Shown: positions 9,120 through 20,078 of the stretch, piece after piece | How positions within the stretch are numbered: the stretch's first letter is position 1 | Layout: every line of letters starts with the position of its first letter | Source of the DNA: Dehalococcoidia bacterium | Lineage (GTDB): Bacteria > Chloroflexota > Dehalococcoidia > Lucifugimonadales > UBA3495 | Assembly: GCA_963663135.2 (NCBI GenBank) | Contig: CAXXRM010000005.1 | Span: forward strand, 353,812-417,811 | Direction: 5' to 3' | DNA length: 64,000 nt | The notes under the pieces: model-generated | Database searches by the model: none | Told to the model about the DNA's origin: nothing | The model's input: the letters and a program-made list of their open reading frames with translations, nothing else | Translations under genes and position numbers: made by a program

Positions 9120-10001
9120 CTACCCGTTGACCTGGGCGGCGATGAAGTCCTTCATCAGTTCCAGGGCCCGGTCGGCCTCGGCGCCCTCGCCCGACCCAAA
9201 ACTGTGGGGCATGCCCTCAAATATCTCCAACTGCAAACTGCCGCCGGCCTGGCGGTAGGCTTCGGCAAAGGTCCGGGTCACCGGCACCGGCAGGTTGTTG
9301 TCTTCGGTGCCTTGGATGATCAACGCCGGCGGGAGGAGCACCGATTCTCCCCGGTTCAAGATGAGGTGGGGATTGCCTTCCTGCATCGCATCTTGCGTGA
9401 GGAAGTACGCTTCGGACGAGGCCACCAGGCGGTCGTTGCCGGTGTCCTGGGCGAAGAAATACCTGGCGTGGGGATCTACAATCGGCCAGCATCCAATGAG
9501 GTACTTGGCCGTGGCGTCCACGCCTGCGCCTTCTTCAAGGGGAATCGCGGCGTACCGTGGGTCGCGGGGCCGCATCGCGTTGAGGAAAATCGTGTGGCCG
9601 CCGCTGGATGACCCCCAGAGCCCTACCGACGCCGCGTCTGCGTTGAAATCGCCGGCGTGGGCCTTCAGCCAGCGGGTGGCGAAATTTACGTCGGCCACCT
9701 GGGCGGGATAAGGGTGGGTTGGGCCCAGCCTGAAGTCGACCGATGCAATGACCACGCCGGTTGCGGCCAGCTGGGGAGCCCGGTAATCCGAATGGGTGCG
9801 GTCGCCCCGGTTCCACGCTCCGCCGTGGACATCCAGCAGCGCCGGAAATGGGCCGGCTCCCTTGGGTTGGTAGATGCGTACCAGCCAGCCTTCTTCCCCG
9901 TGGCGCAGGTACTCTTGCTCATGGACCTCGACTTCGTATGACGCTGCGGGATCGTGGACCAAACTCTGTTGACTGACCATAGGTCCCTCCATGGTTATCA
10001 A
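9120..10001 (-). CDS. alpha/beta hydrolase (esterase/lipase-like)
   Basis: Oxyanion-type HGGAW motif and nucleophile elbow GSSSGG. Confidence 0.75.
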   Translation of the reverse strand: MITMEGPMVSQQSLVHDPAASYEVEVHEQEYLRHGEEGWLVRIYQPKGAGPFPALLDVHGGAWNRGDRTHSDYRAPQLAATGVVIASVDFRLGPTHPYPAQVADVNFATRWLKAHAGDFNADAASVGLWGSSSGGHTIFLNAMRPRDPRYAAIPLEEGAGVDATAKYLIGCWPIVDPHARYFFAQDTGNDRLVASSEAYFLTQDAMQEGNPHLILNRGESVLLPPALIIQGTEDNNLPVPVTRTFAEAYRQAGGSLQLEIFEGMPHSFGSGEGAEADRALELMKDFIAAQVNG

Positions 10002-10222
10002 TCTGTGGCTAATAATCCGTTGGTCCCGATGGTAAATCCGAGAATGGGGACCGGTGCACGCGTCAAATGCGCCTGAGTGGAGGATTCCCGAAGTATATCA
10101 GGCGTTAACATAAGAGTAAATTCAGGGCGGATTCTTTGGGATGGGGCGCTGGGAACGGCGTCGGGAGGGCCAAAACCCTTGGACCGAGATACCCTACCAG
10201 GGCGGCCAAAGTGCCCGGAGCA

Positions 10223-11131
10223 TTACCCGATCGGCGGGTAATGCTCCAACCACCAGCGGGCAATCTCATCCCTCCGGGCGAACCATACGCCTGGAAATCC
10301 CCGGGCGTATTCCAGGAACCTTTGCACGGCCATTGAGCGGGCGGGCCGGCCGGCGATGCGGCAGTGGAGTCCCACGGACATCATTTTGGGGGTGTGCACT
10401 CCCTCTTGAAACAAGCAGTCAAAAGTATCTTTCAGATACTCGTAGAAGTCGCTCACGCTGGTCAGGCCGCCCCGCCAGAACCGGGCGTCGTTGGTCTCCA
10501 TGCTGTAGGGAACCACCAGCCAGGGATTGCCGTTGACCGTGGTGTAGTAGGGCAGGTCGTCGTTCATCGCCCCGCTGTCGTAGATGAAACCTCCCTCGGT
10601 CGCGACCAATTCCCTGGTGTTGATGCTGGCGCCGTAGCGGGTGAACCAACCCACCGGCCGCTGCCCGGTGGTGCGGGTTAGCGATTCCACCGTCTTTCGG
10701 ATGGATTCATGCTCATCGTCCCGGCTCATCAGGTGGTGTTCTTCCCATCGATAACCGTGGCCGCAGACCTCATGACCACGGGCCACTATCTCCCGGGCCG
10801 CTTCCGGGTTGCGTTCCAGGGCCAGCGCGCAACAGAAAAAGGTTGAGGGTGTTTGATACCGGTCCAGAAGGTCGAGCAGTCGCCAAACCCCAACCCGGCT
10901 GCCATACTCAAAGAAAGACTCGTTGAACACGTCCCGTTGGCCCGGCGGCACCGGCGAGGGGACCTCGCTGTTCGTCTCGTGGTGTGAGTCCCCGTCCAGC
11001 GTGGAATATTCGGCGCCCTCCTCGTAGTTGACCACCATGGACACGGCGATGCGCGCCCCACCGGGCCACTCGACCACCGGCGGTTTGGGGCCGTAACCTA
11101 CTAGATCGCGTATCACGGGGCCGCCTCCCAC
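10223..11131 (-). CDS. polysaccharide deacetylase-family hydrolase (PuuE/allantoinase-like)
   Basis: The pattern ...WPGGARIAVSMVVNYEEGAEYS...HGYRWEEH... is typical of PuuE-like NodB-fold enzymes. Confidence 0.65.
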   Translation of the reverse strand: MGGGPVIRDLVGYGPKPPVVEWPGGARIAVSMVVNYEEGAEYSTLDGDSHHETNSEVPSPVPPGQRDVFNESFFEYGSRVGVWRLLDLLDRYQTPSTFFCCALALERNPEAAREIVARGHEVCGHGYRWEEHHLMSRDDEHESIRKTVESLTRTTGQRPVGWFTRYGASINTRELVATEGGFIYDSGAMNDDLPYYTTVNGNPWLVVPYSMETNDARFWRGGLTSVSDFYEYLKDTFDCLFQEGVHTPKMMSVGLHCRIAGRPARSMAVQRFLEYARGFPGVWFARRDEIARWWLEHYPPIG

Positions 11132-11222
11132 AGGAAATACAGCAGGGGCCCATTATATCCTCAAGATAAGCGCGGCGGTGTGATACGATTGGCCCGTTAA
11201 AATCTAGCTTGGAGGCGCCATC

Positions 11223-12239
11223 ATGCCATACGGAGGCAATGACTGGCTGGCTTTGACCCAGGAAACCACCTTGGAACCGGACCTGCCCATCTGCGACTGC
11301 CATCACCATTTCTGGGACTTCCGGACTGAACGAGTCCCCTATCAGCGGTACCTGCTTCATGAATTGGCAGACGACATCAGCAGCGGCCACAACGTGCGCT
11401 CGACTGTTTTTATTGAAGCCAGGTCCATGTATCGCAGCGATGGCCCCCCGGAGTTGCGGTCGGTGGGCGAGGTTGAGTTCGTTCAGGGCATGGCTTCCGC
11501 TTCCGCCAGCGGGCTATACGGTCCCGGCCGGGGCGCTGCGGCGATCATAGGCAATGCCGACTTGAAGCTGGGTGACCGGGTGGAGCCGGTCCTTGAGGCC
11601 CTCCAGGCCGCCAGCCCCAACCGGTTCCGGGGCATCCGACATTCGGTTGGCTGGGACCCCCACCCGGACGTTTTGAGTCGCGAGGTGGAAGGGATGCTGG
11701 CCCATGACAACTACCGGGCCGGGGCCAGGGCTCTCGCCCGCAGGGGCCTAATCCTGGAATGTGCAATGTACTTTCACCAGTTGCCCCAAATGGCGGAATT
11801 CGCCAAAGCTGTGCCAGACCTGACAATTGTCTTGAATCACATTGGCGGCCCAATGCTGGTTGGCCCCTACGCCGGCAGCGAGGAAGAGGTGTTGCCCGCT
11901 TGGCGTCAGGGCCTGGCAGCCGTGGCGGAATGCCACAACGTGGTTATCAAACTTGGCGGCGTCGGAATGCCCCGGTACGGGTTCGATTGGCACCTGCGGG
12001 ACCAACCCGTTGGCTCTGAAGAGATGGCGGAATCAATAGCGCCGTTGATGAACCCTTGCATCGAGGCGTTCGGCCCCAGCCGGTCGATGTTCGAAAGCAA
12101 CTTCCCGGTGGACAAGGTCTCCTTCTCTTATAACGTGATGTACAACGCTTTCAAGCGGATGACCAAGGACTACTCGGCTGGCGAGCGGGCAGAAATGTTC
12201 CATGACACGGCGGCAAGAGTGTACCGGATAGATGTTTGA
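11223..12239 (+). CDS. amidohydrolase-2 family metal-dependent hydrolase
   Basis: An N-terminal CDCHHHFWD metal-binding HxH motif and the size of a TIM-barrel hydrolase. Confidence 0.7.
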   Translation: MPYGGNDWLALTQETTLEPDLPICDCHHHFWDFRTERVPYQRYLLHELADDISSGHNVRSTVFIEARSMYRSDGPPELRSVGEVEFVQGMASASASGLYGPGRGAAAIIGNADLKLGDRVEPVLEALQAASPNRFRGIRHSVGWDPHPDVLSREVEGMLAHDNYRAGARALARRGLILECAMYFHQLPQMAEFAKAVPDLTIVLNHIGGPMLVGPYAGSEEEVLPAWRQGLAAVAECHNVVIKLGGVGMPRYGFDWHLRDQPVGSEEMAESIAPLMNPCIEAFGPSRSMFESNFPVDKVSFSYNVMYNAFKRMTKDYSAGERAEMFHDTAARVYRIDV

Positions 12240-12371
12240 GCGCAAATTCTCAATCTGCAACAACTCGCATGGGATCACCAACCCGCGTCATCCGGCAGAC
12301 TTGTGCCTGTGGGAGGGAGCCAACTCCCTAAATCCGGTAAGACCGCATGATCGGACAATGAGACAGCCCCG

Positions 12372-13679
12372 TTGAGCCGAGTAGTTTCGAACACATGGCA
12401 TCCTATAACCCGGTTTGTGCCCATTTCCATGAGGTATGGGCAATTCCGGTATTACTGGCTGGCCTTGCTCGCCGGGGTTACCGGCCACCAGATGCTGCTC
12501 AACTTTACGATGGGCTGGCTGCTGTTCGACCTCACCGGCCAAGAGCGGGACTTGGCCTTCCTGGGAATCGCGATCGCGGTGCCTGCCCTCGCGCTCAACC
12601 TGGTCGGCGGGGTTTTGGCCGACCGTTTCGAACCCAAGGTACTGGTGGCGGTTGCCCAGTCCACTTCTGCGACCGTGGTGGTGCTGCTGGCCGTGATGGT
12701 GATGTTGGGCCGGGTGGAGCCGGCCCACGTGCTGATCGCCGCAGTGTTGATCGGCACCGTCCAGGCCTTCGATCAACCCAGCCGTTCCAGTATCTTCCCC
12801 CGGTTGGTGCAGCGGGAGCACATCGTCAATGCCGTAGCCATGGAGAGCCTGGTTTGGAACGGCGTCCGCGTTTTGGCTCCAGCCCTGGCCGGGATCACGA
12901 TCGAACAGCTCAGCATCCAGGCATCAATGTTCATCAGCGCCTCAACGTTCTACGTTTTGGGCGCGATAGTAGCCCTTCTGAGGCTGAGGGATAGGGCTCC
13001 GGCTACCGGCCAGGTCACTCAACAGGTTTTGGAAGGGATCCGCTACGTGCGGACTCACACGGTGTTTTCCCTGATCATGTTGCTCACGTTCTGCAACAGC
13101 CTGTTCGGTATGGCCTATGTGCATTTGATGCCGTCTTTTGCCAAAGAGGTCCTGGGAGTGGACGCCGGCAGTGTCGGTTACCTGCTGGGCGCCTCGGGCT
13201 TGGGAGCAATAATCGGCACCTTGATCATTGCCAGGTTGAAGGACCACCACCCCAAGGGCCTGATAATTATCGGCGGGGCGATCACTTATGGCGTGTTCCT
13301 GATCCTGTTTTCGCTGGCGGCGTGGCGGGGCCTGTACGCGGTCTCCATGGTGACGTTGCTGATGGTCGGGATTTCCAACTCCCTCTATCTCACCGGGGGA
13401 CTCAGCGTCCTGCAGCACCTGGTGCCCGACCGGCTGCGCGGCAGGGTAATGGGGCTGTACGGCATGACCTGGAGCCTGGCCCCCCTGGGGATGGCCCAGG
13501 CCGGATTTGTTGCCCAGTACACCAACGCATCGGTGGCGGTGGCGGCCGGCGCCGTGGTGACCATCGTAGTCGCCGCGCTGATCCTGCTATTATCGCCGGA
13601 GATCCGTGCCCTGCGGGGCGCAATCCCCGAATCCCAAAGGCTTGCTTACCAGTCGGCCGGCGTAAAAGCCGAGCGATAG
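12372..13679 (+). CDS. MFS transporter
   Basis: 435 aa with about 12 hydrophobic segments and an MFS-like loop motif (LADRFEPK). Confidence 0.8.
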   Translation: MSRVVSNTWHPITRFVPISMRYGQFRYYWLALLAGVTGHQMLLNFTMGWLLFDLTGQERDLAFLGIAIAVPALALNLVGGVLADRFEPKVLVAVAQSTSATVVVLLAVMVMLGRVEPAHVLIAAVLIGTVQAFDQPSRSSIFPRLVQREHIVNAVAMESLVWNGVRVLAPALAGITIEQLSIQASMFISASTFYVLGAIVALLRLRDRAPATGQVTQQVLEGIRYVRTHTVFSLIMLLTFCNSLFGMAYVHLMPSFAKEVLGVDAGSVGYLLGASGLGAIIGTLIIARLKDHHPKGLIIIGGAITYGVFLILFSLAAWRGLYAVSMVTLLMVGISNSLYLTGGLSVLQHLVPDRLRGRVMGLYGMTWSLAPLGMAQAGFVAQYTNASVAVAAGAVVTIVVAALILLLSPEIRALRGAIPESQRLAYQSAGVKAER

Positions 13680-13775
13680 GCGTTCGGCGCACTAGATAGC
13701 AAAGCGGCCCAACAGGAAACCGGGCCGGCGGCCAGTCCCCTCCTCGACTGGCCATACTACCTAACGGAGTTTCAA

Positions 13776-14807
13776 ATGCCTTTCCAGATCGATCTCAGAG
13801 TCCCACCGTGCGCTCCGGTGTCCGAAGTCGCTGGTTTCATTGAGTTGTGTGAGGAAGCCGGTTTCGACGGCGTCGGCATCCTGGATTCTCAGATGCTGGA
13901 GCGGGATGTGTTTGTGAGCATGGCCGCCGCCGCCATGGCAACCTCCAGGATCCGGATTGCCTCAGCGGTGCTCAACCCGATCACGCGGCATCTCTCGGTG
14001 ATTGCCTCAGCGGCCAAAACGGTGGCCGAATTGGCGCCGGGAAGGGCCGAGTTTTGGATCGGCCGGGGGTTCAGTTCGGTACAGACCATAGGGACGCCGC
14101 CGGCGACGGTGCGCCAGATGCGGCAATGCGTTCTCACTCTGAAAAGCATTCTGTCCGGGGAGGACGTATCTTTCGGGGACGCCAGCAGCCGGATGCGTCA
14201 CGGTGACTCCCACATCCCTCGGATCATCATCGCGGCCCACGGTCCACGAACCATTGAGGCCGCGGGTGAGGTTGCCGATGGCGTGTTGCTCCAGGTGGGC
14301 ATCGACCCCGGCTCGGTGGAGCTGGCCCGGCAGCATCTGGAGATTGGCGCCAAAAGGGCCGGACGCAACCCGGACGAACTAGAGATGATACTCTGCGCCA
14401 CCACCGTCATCATGGACGACCAGGAGGAAGCGCGGGAAGCCGCCCGCCCTCTTTGTGTCCAGCGACTCGTGGAAAAGTCCCATACTCCCTACCTGCGGGC
14501 CGCGGGCATAAACCCCGACGACCTGGAGGTCCCCGCAGGCTTGGACGAACTCTATCCCGACATCCCCCACGCGGAAGACTGGGAGCGGGCCAAAGAGCTT
14601 TGCTCATTCCTGCCCGAGGAGACTCTGGCCCAAATGTGCGACGCCATCGGAATCATCGGGACCCCGGAGTATTGCGCCGGGCAGCTCCGGAAAGCCCAGG
14701 CGAACGGCATTGAACATCTTTACCTGATGACCAGCGAGACCTATCAGTTCCCACAACGGGAGTTGACCGCGTTCAAGGACACCATTTTCCCCGCCTTGGA
14801 CAGGTAA
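13776..14807 (+). CDS. LLM-class (luciferase-like) flavin/F420-dependent oxidoreductase
   Basis: 343 aa with the general luciferase-like monooxygenase sequence pattern (FDGVGILDSQ..., ...IIGTPEYCAGQL). Confidence 0.65.
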   Translation: MPFQIDLRVPPCAPVSEVAGFIELCEEAGFDGVGILDSQMLERDVFVSMAAAAMATSRIRIASAVLNPITRHLSVIASAAKTVAELAPGRAEFWIGRGFSSVQTIGTPPATVRQMRQCVLTLKSILSGEDVSFGDASSRMRHGDSHIPRIIIAAHGPRTIEAAGEVADGVLLQVGIDPGSVELARQHLEIGAKRAGRNPDELEMILCATTVIMDDQEEAREAARPLCVQRLVEKSHTPYLRAAGINPDDLEVPAGLDELYPDIPHAEDWERAKELCSFLPEETLAQMCDAIGIIGTPEYCAGQLRKAQANGIEHLYLMTSETYQFPQRELTAFKDTIFPALDR

Positions 14808-14842
14808 CCATAACTCACGAACGGCGAACTAATGGAGCGGAT

Positions 14843-15622
14843 ATGAATATCGAAGGGGCAGTGGTCATCGTAACCGGTTCAGCCACCGGGTTAGGGGCGG
14901 CAGTTGCCCAACGACTGGCGTCCAAGGGGGGCCGGGTGGTGATCAACTACACGAAGAGCGAGGATGAGGCCCGCGAGACCGCGGCGGCTTGCGAAAAACT
15001 GGGAGGTGAGGCTCTCTTGTGCCGCGCCGACGTGTCTGATGATGCCGACTGCCGCCGTATGGCGGAGGAAGCGGTGAAAAAATGGGGGCGCGTGGATGGC
15101 CTGGTGAACAACGCCGCCCTCTCCAAGATTACTCCCCATCGAGACCTGGAGGGCTTGTCCGGCGATGACTTCCTGAGAATTTTCTCGGTGAATGTGGTCG
15201 GGCCGTTCCAGATGGTCCGGGCGGTGGCGCCCCGGATGCAGGAACAAGGCCGGGGGGCTATTGTCAACGTTTCTTCACTCTCCGGGATGAGCGGGTCGGG
15301 AAGCTCAATCGCCTACGCCGCGTCCAAGGCCGCGCTGAACACCATGACCCTATCCCTGGCTCGAGCGTTGGCTCCGGAGATACGGGTCAACGCAGTCTGC
15401 CCCGGAGTGATGCAGACCCGGTGGTGGCGGGAAGGATTGGGTGAGGAGCGTTATACCTCGTTCATCGAGCAGTACGCGGAATCCGCCCCCCTGAAATCCG
15501 CCGGCACCCCCGAGGCCGTGGCCGACCCGGTGGTGTGGTTGCTTGAGGGCGCCGATCAAATAACCGGAGAGACCATAATCGTCGACTCAGGCACCCACCT
15601 GGGCGGCGCTGCCCGCAGGTAA
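14843..15622 (+). CDS. short-chain dehydrogenase/reductase (SDR)
   Basis: TGSATGLG cofactor-binding motif, NNAA, and the catalytic YAASKAA (YxxxK). Confidence 0.85.
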   Translation: MNIEGAVVIVTGSATGLGAAVAQRLASKGGRVVINYTKSEDEARETAAACEKLGGEALLCRADVSDDADCRRMAEEAVKKWGRVDGLVNNAALSKITPHRDLEGLSGDDFLRIFSVNVVGPFQMVRAVAPRMQEQGRGAIVNVSSLSGMSGSGSSIAYAASKAALNTMTLSLARALAPEIRVNAVCPGVMQTRWWREGLGEERYTSFIEQYAESAPLKSAGTPEAVADPVVWLLEGADQITGETIIVDSGTHLGGAARR

Positions 15623-15814
15623 ACCCGCCGGATTCCACAGGGGTTCCCGGCGGCCACGTCGGCCGGGCATTCTCTCGTTATTCGCATTGCCCGAGAACCG
15701 GCGTAGGCTCTATGGTCGGACCAACACCCAGGATAAGTCCCGGCCTCTCGCAGCGGCGCCGGTTCCCGGAATTTTGGACGGGTCACCGGCGCCCGACCGC
15801 TTTAATGCTTGGAC

Positions 15815-16762
15815 CTAGCGAGGCGCTGCTGGATTCGCCGCTGCAAATGACTGGCTTAGGGCTGCAGACGCTTCCGCCACCGCTTGCTCCGCCTTGTCCA
15901 CGACACCGTACATTCCGAAGAACCCGTGGATCATCCCGTCATACCGGCTGGCCTTGGCGTCATTTCCCGCCGCCTTCAACATCCCGGCATAGGCTTCGCC
16001 CTCGTCGCAGAGCGGGTCAAATTCGGCGGTGATCACCAGGGCCGGGGGGAGGCCGCTCAGGTCTGCCGCCGCCAAGGGAGCGGCGTAAGGGTTTGACGCA
16101 TCGGCGTCGTTGGCAAGGTAGTGGTCCCAATACCACTTCATGGCATCCCTGGTCAGCATGTATCCATCGGCGTTCTTTTGGTAGGAGCCGGTCTGGTAAT
16201 CCCGGGCGGTCACCGGGTAAACCAGCAGTTGGAAGCTCAAGCTTGGGCCTCTGCGGTCCCGGGCCGCAATTGCAACCGCGGCCGCCAGGTTGCCGCCGGC
16301 GCTGTCGCCGCCTACGGCAATGCGGTCTGGGTCGCCGTTGAGTGCGGCGGCGTTATGGGCAGCCCACTCGGTGGCGGCATAGCAATCGTCGAAGGGGACC
16401 GGGAACTTGGATTCCGGGGCCAGGCGGTAGTCAACCGAGACCACGACGCATTCCGATTTCACCGCGAGATGGCGCGCCGTGGCGTCGGCTGTCTCCAGGT
16501 TTCCGATCACCCAACCGCCGCCGTGGAACCAGCACAATATAGGGAAGGGACCGGAGCCCGCTGGAGTGTAAATCCGGACCGGCACCTGGTAATCGCCGTT
16601 GGGAATGGTCTGGTTTGCCACCTTGGCGACCTCCGGTCCGGCAGCGCGGGGTCGGGCCAACATGTTGGCGCGCGCTTCTTCCGGCGATACCGTGTGGTTG
16701 GGCGGTAAGCCCAGGGCGGCTATCTGGTCCATTACTTTTTGGGCCTGCGGGTCCAGTGGCAT
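15815..16762 (-). CDS. alpha/beta hydrolase fold-3 esterase (HSL family)
   Basis: HGGGW oxyanion motif and GDSAGG nucleophile elbow. Confidence 0.8.
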   Translation of the reverse strand: MPLDPQAQKVMDQIAALGLPPNHTVSPEEARANMLARPRAAGPEVAKVANQTIPNGDYQVPVRIYTPAGSGPFPILCWFHGGGWVIGNLETADATARHLAVKSECVVVSVDYRLAPESKFPVPFDDCYAATEWAAHNAAALNGDPDRIAVGGDSAGGNLAAAVAIAARDRRGPSLSFQLLVYPVTARDYQTGSYQKNADGYMLTRDAMKWYWDHYLANDADASNPYAAPLAAADLSGLPPALVITAEFDPLCDEGEAYAGMLKAAGNDAKASRYDGMIHGFFGMYGVVDKAEQAVAEASAALSQSFAAANPAAPR

Positions 16763-16908
16763 AGGTATTCCTCCAATTCGTGCTGAGTTTTCGGTTGCTG
16801 CGTTCTTTCGATTGCCGGGGCCGGACCGGCGGGGCGAGGTGGAAAATTGGCTACTGTTTCTACCCCACCGGCGCTTCAGAGGTCCAGTCCGGCACTGTAC
16901 AGCTCAAG

Positions 16909-18090
16909 CTACCAGGCCGCTCTCAAGATGCTCATTATGGGCCCGGCGTCGTAAACCGGCTTGGGGTTGGTGGCAAGACTCCGGTCGGTCAGGGTGGCCG
17001 AAGCAATTAACTCCAGTCCTTCGTCGGGCACGTCAACCTCCCGCAGGGTCAGGGGCAGACCCAAGCGGCGGCACAATTCGGCGACGCCATCCGCTGCTGC
17101 AATTGCCGCTTCCTGGTCGTCGATGTCGTGGCAATCAATCCCCATTGCCTGAGCCACCAACCCCAACCGCGGCGCGCATGCGTCGGAGTTGAACCTCATG
17201 GTGTGGGGCAACAGGATGGAGTTGGCCTCCCCGTGGGGAACGTTGTACAGGCCACCCAACTGGTGGGCGATGCCAGTGTTCAGGCCCAAGCCAGGGCGGG
17301 CCAGCATGGTCATGCAAGCCGCCGTCTTGACCTGGAGCATGGCATCGATATCTCCGTCCTGGCATCCGGGCAAATGCTGCACCAACAGCCTGATGGTATG
17401 CAAGGCCAGGGCGTCAGAAATAGGATGGTGTCCCGTGGAGTACACGCTTTCCACCGCTATGCGGAACTGGCCCATCGCGGTGGAAAGGGCGATGGGCTTG
17501 GGAGTGGTGGCCAGAGCCTCGCCGTCGATAATCACAACCTTGGGCAGCGTCCCCTGGCCGGAGATCAAAATTTTGCGCCCCTGGGATCTGTCGGTGAAGC
17601 CGCCGCCCCCGCCGCTGAGTTCTGCGGCCCCCATGGTGGTCCCCACGGCGACAATCGGTATCTTTGGGTGAGGCAGGTCCGGCGCGATGACCTTGTCCGG
17701 CGGTTCGAAGCGCACCTCGTAGTCGTGGAGGTCGCCTCCTTCGGCCAGCATCATGGCTATGCCCTTGCAGGTGTCGCTGGTGCTGCCGCCGCCCACTGCC
17801 ACCAACACATCTGGTTCCAGTTCCCTGGCGGCTGCGACCGCTTCTGCCAACACCTCCACCGGTGAGTGGGGCGCTATACCGGAGAACAGGCCCGCGGCCC
17901 TGGCCCCTAAGGCCTCCTGCGCCCTTTGGACCACGTTGCTGTGGGCCAGGATGTTCGGCCCGCAGACCACCATTGCCCGTTTGGCTCCCAACCGGTCGAC
18001 CACGGCGCCAAGCTGGGAGATGGCGTTAACCGAGCAGATTATCTGCTGGCCCGACCCCGTATAGTGGTAACTCAGGGATTTCTCTGGCAC
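16909..18090 (-). CDS. iron-containing alcohol dehydrogenase family protein (maleylacetate reductase-like)
   Basis: GGGSTSDTCK motif and conserved His-rich metal-site pattern (HQLGGLYNVPHG). Confidence 0.75.
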   Translation of the reverse strand: MPEKSLSYHYTGSGQQIICSVNAISQLGAVVDRLGAKRAMVVCGPNILAHSNVVQRAQEALGARAAGLFSGIAPHSPVEVLAEAVAAARELEPDVLVAVGGGSTSDTCKGIAMMLAEGGDLHDYEVRFEPPDKVIAPDLPHPKIPIVAVGTTMGAAELSGGGGGFTDRSQGRKILISGQGTLPKVVIIDGEALATTPKPIALSTAMGQFRIAVESVYSTGHHPISDALALHTIRLLVQHLPGCQDGDIDAMLQVKTAACMTMLARPGLGLNTGIAHQLGGLYNVPHGEANSILLPHTMRFNSDACAPRLGLVAQAMGIDCHDIDDQEAAIAAADGVAELCRRLGLPLTLREVDVPDEGLELIASATLTDRSLATNPKPVYDAGPIMSILRAAW

Positions 18091-18702
18091 GTCGGCAACC
18101 TCACAATTTAGGTCCGCGTAAGATTTGGCGGGCCGGAATGTTGGCCTGGCCGCCCTGTCACCGGCGGCGTCTCACTGCGCCGCCGGGGTCTTGCCTATTA
18201 TACCTGAACCCACACAATCGCATTTCAAACCGCCGCCAGAATGTCCGAAAAACCTCATCTCCACCCGTGGGAGAAGATGACCTCGTACCCCCGCCCGGTC
18301 ATTCTCACCGGGGCGGGATTCCAGATCCCTTTCCATGCGCCGACACGCTTATGGCAACGGAGAAACATCCGGTGTGTAAGCCGCACCACCGTCACCCTTG
18401 CCGCCCCACCACGCCCCGGACACTGGAGGGAGCCTAAAGGACAAAAAGGGCTCTGGATTCCCGCCGCGGCGAGAATGGCGGATGGCTTTCCCACTGCCAC
18501 GTATGAAGAATGAAAAGGGCCTGTTTTCATGACAATTGCGGATGAGCTCGCGGAGGCAACGCACGAGGATGAAAATGACCTATTTTAATAATAATGGCGG
18601 GAGGTGTCCGAGCTTGGAAATAGGGCGATCAGGCGTTACTTAGGATGCAAGATCCGCCGGTCACATTAGAATGCGGTTGTCCTGGATATTTGAGCCCGCA
18701 CT

Positions 18703-20025
18703 TTGGTTAACGACTTCTATACCGTGCTATCCTACTCTTGGAAATTTCCCGCTCCCACGGCGGGTCCAGCGAGAATAGATCTGAACGACACGGCGCGCAG
18801 CATAGTCAACCTGTTCAGCACCTCCCTGGTGATGAGCTTCGGCCACGGCATGATCATACCGACGATCCCCGTGATGGCCGTATCCTTCGAAGTTTCCATC
18901 GGGCTGGCGGCTCAGGTGGTGACTGCCCACGCCCTGGGCAGGTTCGCAAGCCCTCTGCCGACCGGTATGATTATCGATCGGTTGGGCACCCGGTCGGCCA
19001 TGGTTATCGGCCCCGGGATCCTGGTCGCCGGAGCCGTGCTTGCCGCCGTCACGCAGCGCTTTGACCTGATGCTGCTGGCCATGTTCACGGCCGGCGCCGG
19101 CGACAGCATGTGGATGAGCGCCCGAGAGGTGGCCGGGGTCAACTTGGTGCGTTCGGACCAGCGCGGCCGCCTGATGAGCGGCTTCATGGGCATATCCAGC
19201 GCGGGCATGGCCTTGGGCCCCGTCTTTGGAGGGCTGCTCACCGAATTCGTGAATTTCCGGGCCGTGTTCGTGGTCTACGCGCTTCTGGCGCTTATCGTCT
19301 GGGTGGTCGCCTGGGTCAGCGCGGCAAACATTCCGGCGGAAGATGTCCGGCCGTCCTCTGCCAGCCCGCAGCCCCGCGCCCTGCGGCGCTTTTTCGTGTG
19401 GGAGCAATTGGCTGATTGGGGACGCCTTCTGAAGAGCATAGTGCCCGAGTACCGGGTGACCTACGGTGTGTTGGTATTCGTCACCACGATCATGATGCTC
19501 TACCGGATGGTCCTCCAGAGCATGCTGCCCCTGTACGCGGGCGCCTATCTGGGCTACTCGCCGACCCGGGTCGGCTCCTTGTTCCTCATTACCGCTATAT
19601 TCGTTTTTGCAATGATCGTTCCGGCCGGCTTCATCACCGACAAGATCGGGAGAAAGTGGGCAACGGTGCCCAGCACCGCAATTCCCGGACTCGCATTCCT
19701 CGCCCTACCCTTTTATGACAGTTACCCGGCCCTGTTGGCCATAAGCGCGGTGATTGGAATGGGCCAGGGTTTATCGTTGGGTTCGGTTGCCACATCAACC
19801 TATGACGTTATTCCCGCGGCCGGCCGGGGCCGGCTACAGGCCCTTCGCCGGACCGTGGCGGAGCTAGGCGGCGTCAGCGGGCCGGCAATGGGCGGTCTTA
19901 TCGCCAACGCCTACAATCCGGGGGGCGCATTCCTGGTAGTAGGTCCCCTGCTATTGTTTGCCGCGCTGCTACTGGCCGCAGTGGCCAAGGAGACCCTGGT
20001 AAAGCGGCAGGCGGTGGCCGCCTGA
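18703..20025 (+). CDS. MFS transporter
   Basis: 440 aa with multiple TM segments and the MFS loop GMIIDRLGTR. The start codon is uncertain (TTG at 18703). Confidence 0.75.
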   Translation: MVNDFYTVLSYSWKFPAPTAGPARIDLNDTARSIVNLFSTSLVMSFGHGMIIPTIPVMAVSFEVSIGLAAQVVTAHALGRFASPLPTGMIIDRLGTRSAMVIGPGILVAGAVLAAVTQRFDLMLLAMFTAGAGDSMWMSAREVAGVNLVRSDQRGRLMSGFMGISSAGMALGPVFGGLLTEFVNFRAVFVVYALLALIVWVVAWVSAANIPAEDVRPSSASPQPRALRRFFVWEQLADWGRLLKSIVPEYRVTYGVLVFVTTIMMLYRMVLQSMLPLYAGAYLGYSPTRVGSLFLITAIFVFAMIVPAGFITDKIGRKWATVPSTAIPGLAFLALPFYDSYPALLAISAVIGMGQGLSLGSVATSTYDVIPAAGRGRLQALRRTVAELGGVSGPAMGGLIANAYNPGGAFLVVGPLLLFAALLLAAVAKETLVKRQAVAA

Positions 20026-20078
20026 CGTGCGAAATTCTAGCTGCGGGGTGTCTACCGCGTCCGGAAAACGGAGGTCGC

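Noticed and set aside
18091-18702. 600-bp intergenic region with two ~90-aa overlapping ORFs and a CCCGCCCGGT/ACCGGGGCGGG hairpin; examined for a riboswitch or small RNA
   Set aside because: I recognised no riboswitch consensus (TPP, cobalamin, SAM, FMN boxes). The ORFs have a biased Pro/Arg/Gly composition and no RBS. I left the region unannotated.
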